From assembly GCA_019119835.1 (NCBI GenBank), contig DWWE01000094.1:188-64187 (forward strand): a stretch of 64,000 nucleotides of DNA, given 5' to 3'. How positions within the stretch are numbered: position 1 is the stretch's first letter; the number at the start of each line of letters is the position of its first letter. Below, one piece after another: positions 47,823 through 58,562 of the stretch. This DNA comes from Candidatus Gemmiger stercoravium. Lineage in GTDB: Bacteria > Bacillota > Clostridia > Oscillospirales > Ruminococcaceae. A model generated the notes under the pieces. That model was not told the origin of the DNA. It ran no database searches and saw only the letters and a program-made list of their open reading frames with translations. Made by a program: the position numbers and the translations under genes.

Positions 47823-49136
47823 TTATTCCTGCCCGGCAGTTTCGTCCGAGACGGTTTCGGTGGTCACGTTGGCCTTCTCCTTGACGAAGTCGATGGCTTT
47901 GTTCACCGCAAGGTCAGCCTTCACAGCCTCCTCGTTGACGATGGAGCGAACCTTGTCCGCTTCCATCTTGTAGGCGTCCGCGATCCGCTGAACTTCCTTG
48001 TCGAATTCCTCGTCGCTGGCGGTGATCCCTTCCTTCGCCACGATGGCTTCCATCGCCAGGCGCATCTTGACCTGCTTTTCCGCCTGCTCGGCAAACTGGG
48101 CCTTGAACTGATCCATGTTCATGCCCATGTACTGCAGGTACTGCTCCAGCTTCAGGCCCTGCTGGGAAATGCGGTACTGGAAGTCCTGCACCAGCTCCTC
48201 GATGCGCTCATCGTACATCGCCTGGGGAATCTCCGCCGTCATGTTGTTGACGACCATCTCGATCAGGTCGTTTTCCACCTGCTGGTCGGCCATCTTCTCG
48301 TTGTTGTCCTCGATGCCCTTGCGGATGGAGTTCTTGAGCTCTTCCAGGGTGTCATACTCGCTGACATCCATGGCGAAGTCGTCGTCCAGATTCGGCAGTT
48401 CCTTGTACTTCACTTCATGCAGCTTGATCTTGAAGGTGGCGTCCTTGCCCGCCAGCTCGCTGGCCTGGTACTCTTCGGGGAACTTCACGTTGACATCGAA
48501 CTCTTCGCCGGCGGCGTGACCCACGACCTGCTCCTCAAAGCCGGGAATGAAGGAATGGCTGCCCAGCACCAGAGAGTAATGCTCGGCCTTGCCGCCCTCA
48601 AAAGCGGTGCCGTCCACAAAGCCTTCAAAGTCGATATCGACGGTGTCGCCGTCCTCCGCCGCGCCCTCACGGGTCAGCATGCGGCCGTTGCGGTCCTGCA
48701 TCCGCTTGAGCTCGGCTTCGACCTGAGACTCTTCCACAGTCTTGACCTTCTTGGTCACATTTAAACCGGCATACTCACCCAGGGTGACCTCCGGCTTGAC
48801 CGCGACCTTCACCTTGAGGACCGCGCCGTCCGCCTCGGACATGGAGACGACCTCCGGCTCCGGGCGGCCGACCACATCCACCTTGGCTTCCTTGACGGCA
48901 GCCTCATAGGCTTCGGGGAACAGATCGTTGACGGCGTCGTAATGGAAGATGTCAGCGCCGTACATCTTTTCGATCATGCTGCGCGGGGCCTTGCCCTTGC
49001 GGAAACCCGGGATGGCATACTTTTTGCTTTCGCGCTTAAAGGCGTTGTTGACAGCCTTTTTGAAGGTATCGGCGTCGATCGAAAACTGAATCTCGACCAT
49101 ACTTTTTTCAAGTTTTTCACAAGAGATCAGGTTCAT
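47823..49136 (-). CDS. tig: Trigger factor
   Basis: [22 protein letters not shown], and FIPGFEEQ; part of the tig-clpP-clpX order. Confidence 0.97.
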   Translation of the reverse strand: MNLISCEKLEKSMVEIQFSIDADTFKKAVNNAFKRESKKYAIPGFRKGKAPRSMIEKMYGADIFHYDAVNDLFPEAYEAAVKEAKVDVVGRPEPEVVSMSEADGAVLKVKVAVKPEVTLGEYAGLNVTKKVKTVEESQVEAELKRMQDRNGRMLTREGAAEDGDTVDIDFEGFVDGTAFEGGKAEHYSLVLGSHSFIPGFEEQVVGHAAGEEFDVNVKFPEEYQASELAGKDATFKIKLHEVKYKELPNLDDDFAMDVSEYDTLEELKNSIRKGIEDNNEKMADQQVENDLIEMVVNNMTAEIPQAMYDERIEELVQDFQYRISQQGLKLEQYLQYMGMNMDQFKAQFAEQAEKQVKMRLAMEAIVAKEGITASDEEFDKEVQRIADAYKMEADKVRSIVNEEAVKADLAVNKAIDFVKEKANVTTETVSDETAGQE

Positions 49137-49238
49137 TTGTAGTCCTCCAAACATAGAAATACAGTTTATTATATCATGCCTTGCGCAAGAATACCAGTGT
49201 ATTTTTGACTTTTTTGCTGCCGTGCGCAAGAAAAATGC

Positions 49239-49928
49239 CTACGGAATGATCGGCTGGGGGCAAAACCCCAGCCCGTCCGCCGAGATCAGCCGGTACCGGA
49301 TGCCATCCTGCTCCCCCTGGACGGCGTAGCGGATCGCCTTGCCATGCAGGTGGCCGTAATAGCACCGCCGCACGCCGTACTGCTTGAGCAGGTCGGTGAG
49401 CTCGGGCGCGCCGGTGCTGCCGAAGACCGGCGGGTAATGCAGGAAGGCGATGATCTCCTCGCAGTCATCCCCGGCCGAAGCCAGCGACAGACGCAGCCGG
49501 CCGGCTTCCCGCGCCATGATTTTGGCGCTCTGCGCTTCGGTGTCGTCAAAAGGCCAGCCCCTGGTACCGCACAGCGCCTTGCCGCCCACACGACAGCAGT
49601 TGTTGTGCAGGATGTGCAAAGTATCGAAACCGCTTTCGGCAAAATAGGTCTCCATCTTCCGGGTGGTGGTCCACCAGTAATCATGGTTGCCCTTCAGCAG
49701 CCATTTCCGGCCGGGGAGGGCCTGGAGGAAGGCGAAATCCTCCCGGGTATCCTCCAGCTTCATCGCCCAGGAGGTATCCCCGGCCAGGATCACCGTGTCC
49801 TCCGGTCCGATCAGCGTGCGCCAGTTCCGTTCCAGTCTGGGCAGGTATCCCTCCCACCCCGGGAAAACATCCATCGGCTTGTCCGCGCCCAGGGACAGGT
49901 GCAGGTCTCCAATCGCAAAAATCGCCAT
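49239..49928 (-). CDS. Metallophosphoesterase
   Basis: GDLH, GDTS, GNHD and GHLH calcineurin-like motifs. Confidence 0.9.
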   Translation of the reverse strand: MAIFAIGDLHLSLGADKPMDVFPGWEGYLPRLERNWRTLIGPEDTVILAGDTSWAMKLEDTREDFAFLQALPGRKWLLKGNHDYWWTTTRKMETYFAESGFDTLHILHNNCCRVGGKALCGTRGWPFDDTEAQSAKIMAREAGRLRLSLASAGDDCEEIIAFLHYPPVFGSTGAPELTDLLKQYGVRRCYYGHLHGKAIRYAVQGEQDGIRYRLISADGLGFCPQPIIP

Positions 49929-49932
49929 CCCG

Positions 49933-51399
49933 TTATCCTTCGCTTACCCGCGCAGCCAGGGCCGCCGTGCGGATCTGCGCCGGGTCCAGCGTCCGGTCGA
50001 ACCGGACCGGCAGCGCCTTCAGACCGCTGAGCTGTGCCGGCGCCGGGCTTCCGGTGGCCCGGGTCAGCGCGTCCATCGCGTCAAAGTCGCTGGCCGGGAC
50101 CTCCAGCCCCAGCGCCGCCAGCACATCCCGCGGGAACTTGAAGGGACTGGCGGTGGACAGCACCACCATCGGCGCCGCGGTGCGCTGCCGGGCCGCCGCA
50201 TGGAAGGCCACCGCCGTGTGGGGGTCACACAGATACCGGTCCTGCGCCCACAAGTCATGAAGCGTCCGGGCCGCCGCTGCATCATCCGCCCAGCCGCAGC
50301 GGAAGGTTTCCTGCAGGCGGGCCAGGGTCCGGGCATCCACCGTGTAGCAGCCGGTCTCGGCCAGCTGGGCCATCCAACCGGCCACCTTTGTCTCGTCTTC
50401 GGTCAGATGGTACAAAAGGCGTTCCAGGTTGCTGGAGATCAGAATGTCCATTGAGGGTGAGGTGGTCTTATAGAAGGTGCGGCGCCTGTCGTAGGTGCCG
50501 GTACGGATAAAGTCCGACAGCACATTGTTTTTGTTGGAAGCGCACACCAGCCGGCCAACCGGCAGCCCCATCCGCTTGGCATAGTAACCGGCCAGAATAT
50601 CCCCGAAATTTCCGGTGGGCACGCAGAAGTCCACCACGTCGCCCCAGGCGACGCCGCCGGTTTCCGCCAGGCGAAAATATGCGTAGAAGTAGTAGACGAT
50701 CTGCGGGGCCAACCGCCCCCAGTTGATGGAGTTGGCGCTGGACAGCCGGATACCGCGCCCGGCCAGTTCCCTGGCCACGGTTTCGTCGCCGAACACGCGC
50801 TTCACGCCGCTCTGGGCGTCGTCAAAGTTGCCGTTGACGGCGTACACCGCCACATTGTCCCCGGTCTGGGTGACCATCTGCAGCCGCTGGATCTCGCTGG
50901 TACCGTCGTTGGGGTAGAACACCTCGATCTCCACCCCATCGAGGCCGGCATACCCGGCCAGCGCCGCCTTGCCGGTGTCGCCCGAGGTGGCCACCAGAAT
51001 CCGGGTCCGCTCGGTGCGGCCCAGGTTCTTTTTGGCCTGGACCAGCAGCTTCGGCATGATCTGCAGCGCATAGTCCTTGAAGGCGCAGGTAGGGCCATGC
51101 CAGAGTTCCAGCGCAAAGAGCCCGTCGGCCACCGGTTCGACCTGGCCGGCCTTGCCGGAAAACGCCGCGCCGTAGGTCTCCTTTGCCGCCTGCTCCAAAA
51201 AGGCGGGGTCGTACTCTGTCAAAAAGCTGCCCAGCACCGCGGCCGCCAGCTGCGGATAGGAAAGATGCCGCCAGGCATCCAGCTTCGCCGCAGGGAAGGC
51301 CTGCGGCACAAACAGCCCGCCGTCCGGCGCCAGGCCCCGAACAATGGCTTCGGAGGAAGAAACAACGGTGTTGCGGTCGCGTGTGCTTTGATACTGCAT
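49933..51399 (-). CDS. thrC: Threonine synthase
   Basis: YQSTR, GLAPDGGLF.P, ELWHGPTCAFKD (PLP lysine), ATSGDTG, NSINWGRL, and PTGNFG. Confidence 0.95.
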   Translation of the reverse strand: MQYQSTRDRNTVVSSSEAIVRGLAPDGGLFVPQAFPAAKLDAWRHLSYPQLAAAVLGSFLTEYDPAFLEQAAKETYGAAFSGKAGQVEPVADGLFALELWHGPTCAFKDYALQIMPKLLVQAKKNLGRTERTRILVATSGDTGKAALAGYAGLDGVEIEVFYPNDGTSEIQRLQMVTQTGDNVAVYAVNGNFDDAQSGVKRVFGDETVARELAGRGIRLSSANSINWGRLAPQIVYYFYAYFRLAETGGVAWGDVVDFCVPTGNFGDILAGYYAKRMGLPVGRLVCASNKNNVLSDFIRTGTYDRRRTFYKTTSPSMDILISSNLERLLYHLTEDETKVAGWMAQLAETGCYTVDARTLARLQETFRCGWADDAAAARTLHDLWAQDRYLCDPHTAVAFHAAARQRTAAPMVVLSTASPFKFPRDVLAALGLEVPASDFDAMDALTRATGSPAPAQLSGLKALPVRFDRTLDPAQIRTAALAARVSEG

Positions 51400-51414
51400 A
51401 TCTTTCCCCTTTCC

Positions 51415-51579
51415 TTTGGTGTATCCGAAAAAATCTCTGCTCTGTCCGCTTCTGCCGGAAGGCTGCGTTGCCACGCTGCAGGGGCTTGCAATCCATACGG
51501 CATTCCTGCGGTCTCACGCCCGGCGTCCACTGCGTCGGCGGGTTTTCCAGCACTTTTGATTGCTCCGGCACACCCCAAA
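51415..51579 (-). ncRNA. Candidate rod-shaped structured RNA in the yraN-thrC spacer (thrC leader or 6S-like)
   Basis: The two ends pair along their length: TTTGG/CCAAA, TGTG/TACA, CCGGA/TTCGG, AATC/GATT, TGCT/AGCA, CCGC/GCGG. Confidence 0.4.
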
Positions 51580-51580
51580 C

Positions 51581-51949
51581 TCACAGTTGGAAGGCGTTCT
51601 GGATACAATGGACCTGCCAGCCGCCGTCCACCGGCATCACCTCGACCACGTCAAAGCGGACGGGGGCGTCGGCATAGGGACTGCGCTGCAGATAAAACTG
51701 CGCCGCGGCAATCAGCCGCCGCTGTTTGCGGGAATCGACCGAATCGGCCGGCCTCGCCTTGACGGCTGAGGTCCTTGTCTTTACCTCGGCAAAGACAAGA
51801 CCGCCGTCCTTATAGAGGATCAGGTCCAGTTCCCCCATGCGGGTGCGGTAGTTGTGGTTCAGCAGCAGATACCCCCGCTGCCGGTAGTATTTGGCGGCAA
51901 CGGCCTCCCCGGTATGGCCCAGTTCCTTTTTCTGCGCATCCCGGTTCAC
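51581..51949 (-). CDS. YraN family protein (UPF0102)
   Basis: GHTGE..A..YY...GY, GELDLI, FAEVKTR, and RFDVV. Confidence 0.92.
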   Translation of the reverse strand: MNRDAQKKELGHTGEAVAAKYYRQRGYLLLNHNYRTRMGELDLILYKDGGLVFAEVKTRTSAVKARPADSVDSRKQRRLIAAAQFYLQRSPYADAPVRFDVVEVMPVDGGWQVHCIQNAFQL

Positions 51950-52575
51950 GGCCAGTACCCCTGCTTTTTCAAAAAGCTGCGGCGGTAAAACGGCTGGATG
52001 CCATACTGCGCGATCAGCTCGTAATGCCGGGCCGTGGGGTACCCCTTGTGCTTGGCCAGCTCATACTGGGGGTATTGTGCGTCCAATTCCAGCATGTAGT
52101 GATCCCGGCTGACCTTGGCCAGGATGGAAGCCGCCGCGATCGAGGCGCTGTTGGCGTCCCCCTTGATGACCGCCTGCGCCGGCACCGGAAGATCCGGCGG
52201 GCAGCGGTTACCGTCCACGAGCACATAGTCCGGGGATGCTGCCAGCCCGGTCACTGCCCGGGTCATGCCCGCCATCGTGGCCCAGAGGATGTTTTTCTCG
52301 TCGATCTCCTGGGGGGAGACAAATTCCACGCAGTAGGCCAGTGCGCGGCGGACGATCTCCTGATACAGCGCTTCCCGGCGCTGGGCGGAGAGCTTTTTGG
52401 AATCGGTCACCCCGGGGATCGGGTCCTCGGGGTCAAGGATCACCGCCGCGCAGCACACCGGACCGCACAGCGGCCCGCGGCCGGCTTCATCCACCCCGCA
52501 CAGCCGCCCGTGGGCGGCGCGCAGCTGCGCGTCAAAGGCATACAGCGGTGCGCTGTCAACTGTCTTTCTCGGCAT
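51946..52575 (-). CDS. rnhB: Ribonuclease HII
   Basis: [41 protein letters not shown], and HKGYPT. Confidence 0.95.
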   Translation of the reverse strand: MPRKTVDSAPLYAFDAQLRAAHGRLCGVDEAGRGPLCGPVCCAAVILDPEDPIPGVTDSKKLSAQRREALYQEIVRRALAYCVEFVSPQEIDEKNILWATMAGMTRAVTGLAASPDYVLVDGNRCPPDLPVPAQAVIKGDANSASIAAASILAKVSRDHYMLELDAQYPQYELAKHKGYPTARHYELIAQYGIQPFYRRSFLKKQGYWP

Positions 52576-53473
52576 CTTCGTCCCCCTCCGGCTGCGGCAG
52601 CTGCGGCGGGCGCTCCAGCGAGAGCCGTCCCCATTTGCTGGCGCGGAATTCCCCCACCACAGTCCTGGCCGCCCGCTCGGCATCCACTTCGCCGCCGCTG
52701 ACAAGCATCCCGCGTTTGGCCCCGATTGCCAGAAGCAGGTCGTAGGGCGCCAGTTCCAGCGCATCTGCCGGCAGTTTGTAACGCTCCAGCAGCCGCTGGG
52801 GATAAATGCCACGCACACTGCTCAGCAAACCGCAGGCCAGCTCCTCCACGTCCAGGATGTCATCCCGGATCGAACCGATGAAGGCCAGATTGGCCGCCGT
52901 TTCCAGTGAGTCAAACTTCTTCCAGAGCACGCCGGGCATATCCATCAGGTCGTAATTGCCCACCGTGATCCACTGCTTGCCGCGGGTCACACCGGGCTTG
53001 TTGGCTGCCTTGGCCCGGGTGGTCCCGGCAAAGGAGTTGATGAAAGTGGATTTTCCCACATTGGGGATGCCCACCACCATCACCCGGATGCGGGCCCCCA
53101 CCATCCCCTTGGCACGGCGCCGTTCCATCAGGGCTGCCAGTTCCTGCTCGATGGGGGCGCGGACCGCGTTGGCCCGCCCCTTCTGCTTGGAATCCATCGG
53201 CAGGCAGCCTTCCCCCGCCGACCGGAAATACTCCAGCCACTGGCGGGTGATGGCCGGGTCGGCCAGGTCCGCCTTATTGAGCACATACAGATGGGGTTTG
53301 CCCGCGGTGATCCGCTCGATCTCGGGATTCAGGCTGGACAGCGGGATGCGGGCGTCCAACACCTGCAGCACGCAGTCCACATGGCGGATCTCGGTCTCCA
53401 TCAGGCGCAGCGTCTTGGCCATGTGCCCCGGGAACCAGTGGATCTGGCGGCGGTTGATGATCGTTTCGCTCAT
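52556..53473 (-). CDS. rbgA: Ribosome biogenesis GTPase RbgA/YlqF
   Basis: [30 protein letters not shown], and DMPG. Confidence 0.95.
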   Translation of the reverse strand: MSETIINRRQIHWFPGHMAKTLRLMETEIRHVDCVLQVLDARIPLSSLNPEIERITAGKPHLYVLNKADLADPAITRQWLEYFRSAGEGCLPMDSKQKGRANAVRAPIEQELAALMERRRAKGMVGARIRVMVVGIPNVGKSTFINSFAGTTRAKAANKPGVTRGKQWITVGNYDLMDMPGVLWKKFDSLETAANLAFIGSIRDDILDVEELACGLLSSVRGIYPQRLLERYKLPADALELAPYDLLLAIGAKRGMLVSGGEVDAERAARTVVGEFRASKWGRLSLERPPQLPQPEGDEDAEKDS

Positions 53474-53488
53474 GGATCTTCCTTTCTG

Positions 53489-54016
53489 TCAGCGCAGCAC
53501 CCGCCCCAGCACATCGTTCACATGGATAAAGCCGACCCGCTGGTCCCGGCTGTCGGTGGAATGGTTGCGGTTGTCTCCCATCACAAAGAGGCAGTCTTCC
53601 GGCACCGTCACCGGGAACTCCACGCTCTCCTGCAGATAGGTGGGCTCCGCCGTGTAGGGTTCGTCCAGGGCTTGCCCGTTGCGGTACACGATCCCGTTCT
53701 GGAAATCAATGTCGATCTCATCGCCCGCCTTGCCGATCACCCGCTTGACCAGCGGCTCGCCGTAGGAGGTGTAGGCGTCGGTCACGATGATGTCGCCGTA
53801 CTGCGGCTGATATGGCAGGCTGGAGATCAGAAGCCGCTGACCGTCCTGCAGGGTCGGCACCATGGATTCGCCTTCCACCCGGATCATGCGCACCGCAAAG
53901 GTGAACACCAGCGCGACGGCCACCATGGCCATCACCATCGCTTCGAACCATTCCAGATTGTTTTTGTTGCGCTTGAACTTTTTGTTAAAGCGGTCCCGGC
54001 ACGCCACCGTGTCCAT
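53489..54016 (-). CDS. lepB: Signal peptidase I
   Basis: V.GESMVPTL (catalytic Ser), LVKRVIG (catalytic Lys), and FVMGDNRNHSTDSR. Confidence 0.95.
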   Translation of the reverse strand: MDTVACRDRFNKKFKRNKNNLEWFEAMVMAMVAVALVFTFAVRMIRVEGESMVPTLQDGQRLLISSLPYQPQYGDIIVTDAYTSYGEPLVKRVIGKAGDEIDIDFQNGIVYRNGQALDEPYTAEPTYLQESVEFPVTVPEDCLFVMGDNRNHSTDSRDQRVGFIHVNDVLGRVLR

Positions 54017-54114
54017 ATACCGCCCTCCCTTACCATAAAACATACCGTGAATGCAAAAAGGGAGAACGCCAACCGTCCTCCCCCTTCGCAGCCAAATGGC
54101 CTGCTCGAATTTTC

Positions 54115-54456
54115 TCAGATGCGCGCTTTGACTTTGGCGGCTTTGCCGGTACGGCCACGCAGATAGAACAGCTTGGCACGGCGGACCTTACCGCGGCGGA
54201 CAACCTCCACCTTCTCCACGAACGGGCTGTTGATGGGGAACACACGCTCCACACCGACGCCGTAAGAGGTACGGCGGACGGTGAAGGTCTCGGCGACGCC
54301 GCCATGCTTCTTGGCGATGACGGTGCCTTCAAAAGCCTGGATGCGCTCCTTGTCGCCTTCCTTGATGCGGACGGACACCCGGACGGTGTCGCCCACTTCG
54401 AACTGGGGGCGGTTCTCTTTGATCATGCCCTCGGTGATCTTCTTCATTGCGTCCAT
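54115..54456 (-). CDS. rplS: 50S ribosomal protein L19
   Basis: FEVGDTVRV...[12 protein letters not shown], and [12 protein letters not shown]. Confidence 0.98.
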   Translation of the reverse strand: MDAMKKITEGMIKENRPQFEVGDTVRVSVRIKEGDKERIQAFEGTVIAKKHGGVAETFTVRRTSYGVGVERVFPINSPFVEKVEVVRRGKVRRAKLFYLRGRTGKAAKVKARI

Positions 54457-54481
54457 TGATCAATTCCTCCATGTTTTCCGA

Positions 54482-54517
54482 CGTTCATGCCTCAAAACAA
54501 ACGGGCAGAGGACCGCC
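54482..54517 (-). ncRNA. Possible L19 leader autoregulatory element
   Basis: GGCGGTCCTCTG...GCATGAACG just upstream of the rplS RBS resembles my recollection of the Firmicutes L19 leader. Not verified against a model. Confidence 0.4.
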
Positions 54518-54615
54518 TGTATAATGCTTTTGCCATTACCCGCCGGTGGCCCGGCGTACTAACGCTCGAATATCATACCATACCAAAGGTCATTTTGCAA
54601 GCTTTTTTTCAAGTT

Positions 54616-55266
54616 TCAGGAAAATTCTTCCCCTTCTGCCGTCAACAATCCGGTGCGCAGCACCTCGCACTGCCACGGCTGCACCCCCTGCTGCTCAAAA
54701 TAGCCCAGCAGCAGCGCCGGGTTCAGGTTGTCCCCTTCTCCCGAAGCGCAGGGCAGGCGCAGCGATACCTTCCAGCCGCCGGCCGGCGCCGGCCGCGCCT
54801 GCAGGGACGGCACAAAGGCTTTCAGGTCCAGCTCCCGCTGCCCCCGTTTGGTCTTTTTGGCCACCGGCACCCCGGGGGCTGCATTGTATGCGTCCACCGC
54901 CGCCCGGCCATTTTCCGGGAGGGTCAGCTCATACTCGGCCGTGGCGATCTCGCTGCTTTTGCGCACCGCCCGGGCGATTTTCAAAATCCTGATGCCGTGC
55001 GGCATATAGGGCTGCAGCGTTTCCTGCCAGGTCTGCAGGTCGGGCGCTTCCTCCTCCGTCTTGATGTCGCAGCTTTCGCACAGACTCTCCTGCCCCAGCG
55101 AAAGCGGGCAGTTGAAGGAAAGGTAGATATGTGGGTTGAACCCCTGGGTATAGTACACCGGCAGGCCGCTGCGTTTCAAGATCCGGTGGAACACCCGCTG
55201 CAGGTCCAGCAGCGAGATGTACGCCGCCTCCCCGCGTTTTTCAAAGCTGATCCTGATTGTAAGCAA
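54616..55266 (-). CDS. Radical SAM-linked protein (DUF2344 / TIGR03936 type)
   Basis: F.K.G...YISLLDLQR...R...R..LPV.Y.QGFNPH....F..PL.LG.ES..E; overlaps the upstream radical SAM gene. Confidence 0.88.
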   Translation of the reverse strand: MLTIRISFEKRGEAAYISLLDLQRVFHRILKRSGLPVYYTQGFNPHIYLSFNCPLSLGQESLCESCDIKTEEEAPDLQTWQETLQPYMPHGIRILKIARAVRKSSEIATAEYELTLPENGRAAVDAYNAAPGVPVAKKTKRGQRELDLKAFVPSLQARPAPAGGWKVSLRLPCASGEGDNLNPALLLGYFEQQGVQPWQCEVLRTGLLTAEGEEFS

Positions 55267-57103
55267 AGCAAGGTCCTCCCAACAGTTTATTGGCGCCGCA
55301 GCCGCTGCACTGACGGTTGCAGGGGGGCGTGGTCTCGGCGCGCAGCGCTTTGTTGTATTCCCGCGCCAGGAACGCCCGGCTGACCCCCACGTTCAGGTGG
55401 TCCCAGGGGGCGGGTTCCTCCAGCCCCAGCGGGCGGTAGTTGTAAAAGTCCGGGTCCAGCCCGCAGGCTGCGAACGCAGCCAGCCAGCGGTCGTAATCAA
55501 AGTATTCTTCCCAGGTATCAAAAACCGAGCCCATGCGGTAGGCTTTTTCAATCACCGCGCCCAGGCGCCGGTCGCCTTTTGCAAAGATTCCCTCCAGCAC
55601 GCTGGTGGCGCTGTCGTGATAATTGACCTTGATCTTGCGGGAATGCACGCAGGAAAGCAGGTATTTCTGCTTTTCCCGCAAGCGCTCGCGGGTGTCCTGG
55701 GCACAGAACTGGAAGGGTGTCCAGGGCTTTGGCACAAAACATGCCACGCTGATGGTCACCTGCACCCCCTTGCCTTTGGGCCGGTCGGGAATCGAATAGA
55801 ACAGGTTGACCACCTGCTGGGCGGTGTCGGCAATGCCCTTGATGTCCTCCATCGTCTCGGTGGGCAGGCCCATCATAAAGTACAGCTTGACCGAGGTGTA
55901 GCCTTCCTTGAAGGCGATGCGGCAGCCCCGCTCGATCTGCTCCCAGGTGACATTTTTGTTGATGACATCCCGCAGGCGCTGGGTGCCGGCCTCCGCCGCA
56001 AAGGTCAGGCCGCTCTTGCGCACCCGGCTGGTCTTTTCCACCAGCGACTGGGAGAAGTTGTCCACCCGCAGCGAAGGCAGCGACAGACTGACATGGTCGG
56101 CCTCCGCCCACTCGTTCAGCCGGTCCAGGATCTCTTCCAGGCGGGAATGGTCGGAGGTGGACAGGCTCATCAGGCTGAGTTCGTCGTAGCCTGTGTTGGC
56201 GCACAGGGTCCGGGCGCAGTCGCTGATGAGTTTGGGGGAACGTTCCCGGAAGGGGCGATAGATCTGCCCGGCCTGGCAGAACCGGCACCCCCGCACGCAG
56301 CCGCGCAGCACCTCGACGCTGGCCCGGTCCTGGATCGTGCCGACGATGGGGACGACAAAGTTTTCCGGCGGGGGGAAGCTGTCCATATCCTGGACGATGG
56401 CCTTGGTCACCTGCGGCGGTACCTCTTCCCGGTTCGGCGTGACCGACCGGATGCGTCCGTCCTGCTCGTACTCCACCGTGTAAAAGGCGGGCACGTACAC
56501 CCCGGGGATCCTGGCCAGTTCCAGCAGCAGCTGTTCTTTGTTCCAGCCGTTCTTTTTGCCGGCTTCCACACAGGCACAGATGTCCTGCAGCATCTGCTCC
56601 CCTTCCCCCAGCTGCATCAGGTCAAAGAAGTCCGCCATCGGTTCGGCATTGCAGACGCAGGGGCCGCCGGCGATGATCAGCGGCCAGCTTTCGTCCCGGT
56701 CGGCCGCCCGCAGCGGGATGCCGGCCAGGTCCAGCATAGCCAGAATATTGGTGTAGCAAAGCTCGTATTCCAGCGTGAACCCCACAATATCGAAGTCCCG
56801 CAGCGGGTCCTTGCTTTCCAGGCAGTACAGCGGGATCTGCAGCTGCTCCATCTGTTCCTTCATGTCCACCCAGGGCATGAAAGCCCGCTCGCACCACCAG
56901 TTTTCATGTCGATTGAGCAGTTCGTACAGGATCTTCTCCCCCAGAAAGGACATGCCCACTTCATACGTATCCGGGAAGCAGAAGGCAAACCGCACATCCA
57001 CCTTGTCCTTCTCCTTGATGACGCTGCCGGGCTCACCGCCCGTATAGCGGCCGGGTTTCTGCACATGGAAAAGCGCCTGTCTGAGTTCGCTGATATTCGG
57101 CAT
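55241..57103 (-). CDS. B12-binding-type radical SAM protein (TIGR03960 type)
   Basis: KPGRYTGGE, FPDTYEVGMS, GGP...N.EP, the CxxxCxxC motif GCVRGCRFC, and LPSLR. Confidence 0.9.
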   Translation of the reverse strand: MPNISELRQALFHVQKPGRYTGGEPGSVIKEKDKVDVRFAFCFPDTYEVGMSFLGEKILYELLNRHENWWCERAFMPWVDMKEQMEQLQIPLYCLESKDPLRDFDIVGFTLEYELCYTNILAMLDLAGIPLRAADRDESWPLIIAGGPCVCNAEPMADFFDLMQLGEGEQMLQDICACVEAGKKNGWNKEQLLLELARIPGVYVPAFYTVEYEQDGRIRSVTPNREEVPPQVTKAIVQDMDSFPPPENFVVPIVGTIQDRASVEVLRGCVRGCRFCQAGQIYRPFRERSPKLISDCARTLCANTGYDELSLMSLSTSDHSRLEEILDRLNEWAEADHVSLSLPSLRVDNFSQSLVEKTSRVRKSGLTFAAEAGTQRLRDVINKNVTWEQIERGCRIAFKEGYTSVKLYFMMGLPTETMEDIKGIADTAQQVVNLFYSIPDRPKGKGVQVTISVACFVPKPWTPFQFCAQDTRERLREKQKYLLSCVHSRKIKVNYHDSATSVLEGIFAKGDRRLGAVIEKAYRMGSVFDTWEEYFDYDRWLAAFAACGLDPDFYNYRPLGLEEPAPWDHLNVGVSRAFLAREYNKALRAETTPPCNRQCSGCGANKLLGGPCFAYNQDQL

Positions 57104-57313
57104 AACTTTGACCTCTTCCTGTCTCTTGGTTTCCTGTCGTTCCGGGGTTCAGCCCCGGCTCCGGCATACCGCGGCTTTTCCGCAGGGTCAGGGCCCGCGG
57201 AAAGGTCAGCCCGGTCGGCCGATCATTTCGTTTATTATATCAGGACTTTCCCTTTCCCGCAAGGCGCAGGAAAAGCGCCCGGACGCAGGGCGCCCGGGCA
57301 TCGCCTTCCCCGC

Positions 57314-57718
57314 CTAATTTTCCAGCAGACGGGCCCCATCCAGCCCCGGGACCGGCAGCAGGTTGAAGGCCCCCAGCAGCAGGTTGGCGGCAGCCGCCCA
57401 GCAGCCGGCATAGGTATATCCGGTCAGGTCCATCCAGCCGAGCAGCCCCAGGCAGACCAGGAAGTTCATGACCGGCCCGCCGGCGGCCAGGATCTTTTCC
57501 TGCCAGGCCGGCAGACAGATCCCCCGCATCCGCAGACAGATCCCCCAGAGCGTCAGTTCCAGCTGCGGGGGCTCCCGCACCAGGAAGGCCCAGGCCAGCA
57601 GATGCCCGCTTTCGTGAAGGATCGCCGCCAGCATCCCCCATCTTGCCACGCCGGTGCTGTCCCAAGCCAGTACCATCACCCAGAAGAACAGGGTCAGGAC
57701 CGGGGCGCGCAGACGCAA
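57314..57718 (-). CDS. Compact M50 (site-2 protease) family protein, SpoIVFB-like
   Basis: HESGH (HEXXH), AGGPVMN and NLLPVPGLDG. A TTG start at 57718 is inferred. Follows an M23 gene. Confidence 0.75.
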   Translation of the reverse strand: MRLRAPVLTLFFWVMVLAWDSTGVARWGMLAAILHESGHLLAWAFLVREPPQLELTLWGICLRMRGICLPAWQEKILAAGGPVMNFLVCLGLLGWMDLTGYTYAGCWAAAANLLLGAFNLLPVPGLDGARLLEN

Positions 57719-57725
57719 CGGCCGG

Positions 57726-58562
57726 TCAGCCGGCCGCCTGCTCCAGCGCTTCGGTCGGATCATACCGGATCCCTCCATGCAGCAGCTCAAAGTGAAGATG
57801 CGGTCCCGTGACGTTGCCTGTCTGGCCGGATGTCCCCAGCACCTGCTGCTTTTGGACCTTCTGCCCGGGCCGCACATACAGGTACTGCATGTGCGCATAC
57901 AGTGTCTCGTCGCCGTTGGGGTGCAGGATCCGCAGGTAATTGCCATAGCTTTTGTGGCTACCCGCCACCCGCACCACGCCGTCCGCCGCAGCCAGCACCT
58001 GTGTGCCCTCCGCCACCGGGAGGTCGGTCCCGGTGTGGAACTCCTCCCCCTGCCCGGTGACAGGGTCGGTCCGCCATCCGTAGCTGGATGTCGCGTTCTG
58101 CACGACAAAGGGCAGCGGGTACCCAAAGTCGAAGGGCGGGTCATACCCTTCCAAACGGCTGCCAGAAGGCGCCTGGCGGTCCGGAACCCTGCGCACCGAC
58201 CGCACACCGACCCGGGCCGCCGCCGGCTGCGCGGCCGTCTGCCACTCCGCCATCACCTGCCGGGCCGCCGTCCACAGCTCTGCCGCCGCTTCCTGGGTGA
58301 ACTTTGCCAGTTCATGTCCGCCGTCCAGGTCCAGGCCGGGGGCTTCCAATGCCTCATAAAAGAGTCGCTGCATCGAGCGGTAGAGCGGACGATAGCAGAA
58401 CCTGGCCGCCAACACCGCCGCAATCAGCGCCGTGCAGAGCAGCAGTTGGGTCCACAGCAATGTATCGCCGCCTTTTCTGCGTTTGGGGGCCTGCACCGTT
58501 TCCCTGTCCTTCGGTGGCAGGTTCGGCTCCTTCGCGTCCTTTTTGCTGGCGTCCTCCCACAT
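57726..58562 (-). CDS. M23 family metallopeptidase, SpoIVFA-like position
   Basis: N-terminal TM helix, SSYGWR.DP, HTGTDL, YGNY, YAHM, and TGPHLHFE. Confidence 0.85.
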   Translation of the reverse strand: MWEDASKKDAKEPNLPPKDRETVQAPKRRKGGDTLLWTQLLLCTALIAAVLAARFCYRPLYRSMQRLFYEALEAPGLDLDGGHELAKFTQEAAAELWTAARQVMAEWQTAAQPAAARVGVRSVRRVPDRQAPSGSRLEGYDPPFDFGYPLPFVVQNATSSYGWRTDPVTGQGEEFHTGTDLPVAEGTQVLAAADGVVRVAGSHKSYGNYLRILHPNGDETLYAHMQYLYVRPGQKVQKQQVLGTSGQTGNVTGPHLHFELLHGGIRYDPTEALEQAAG

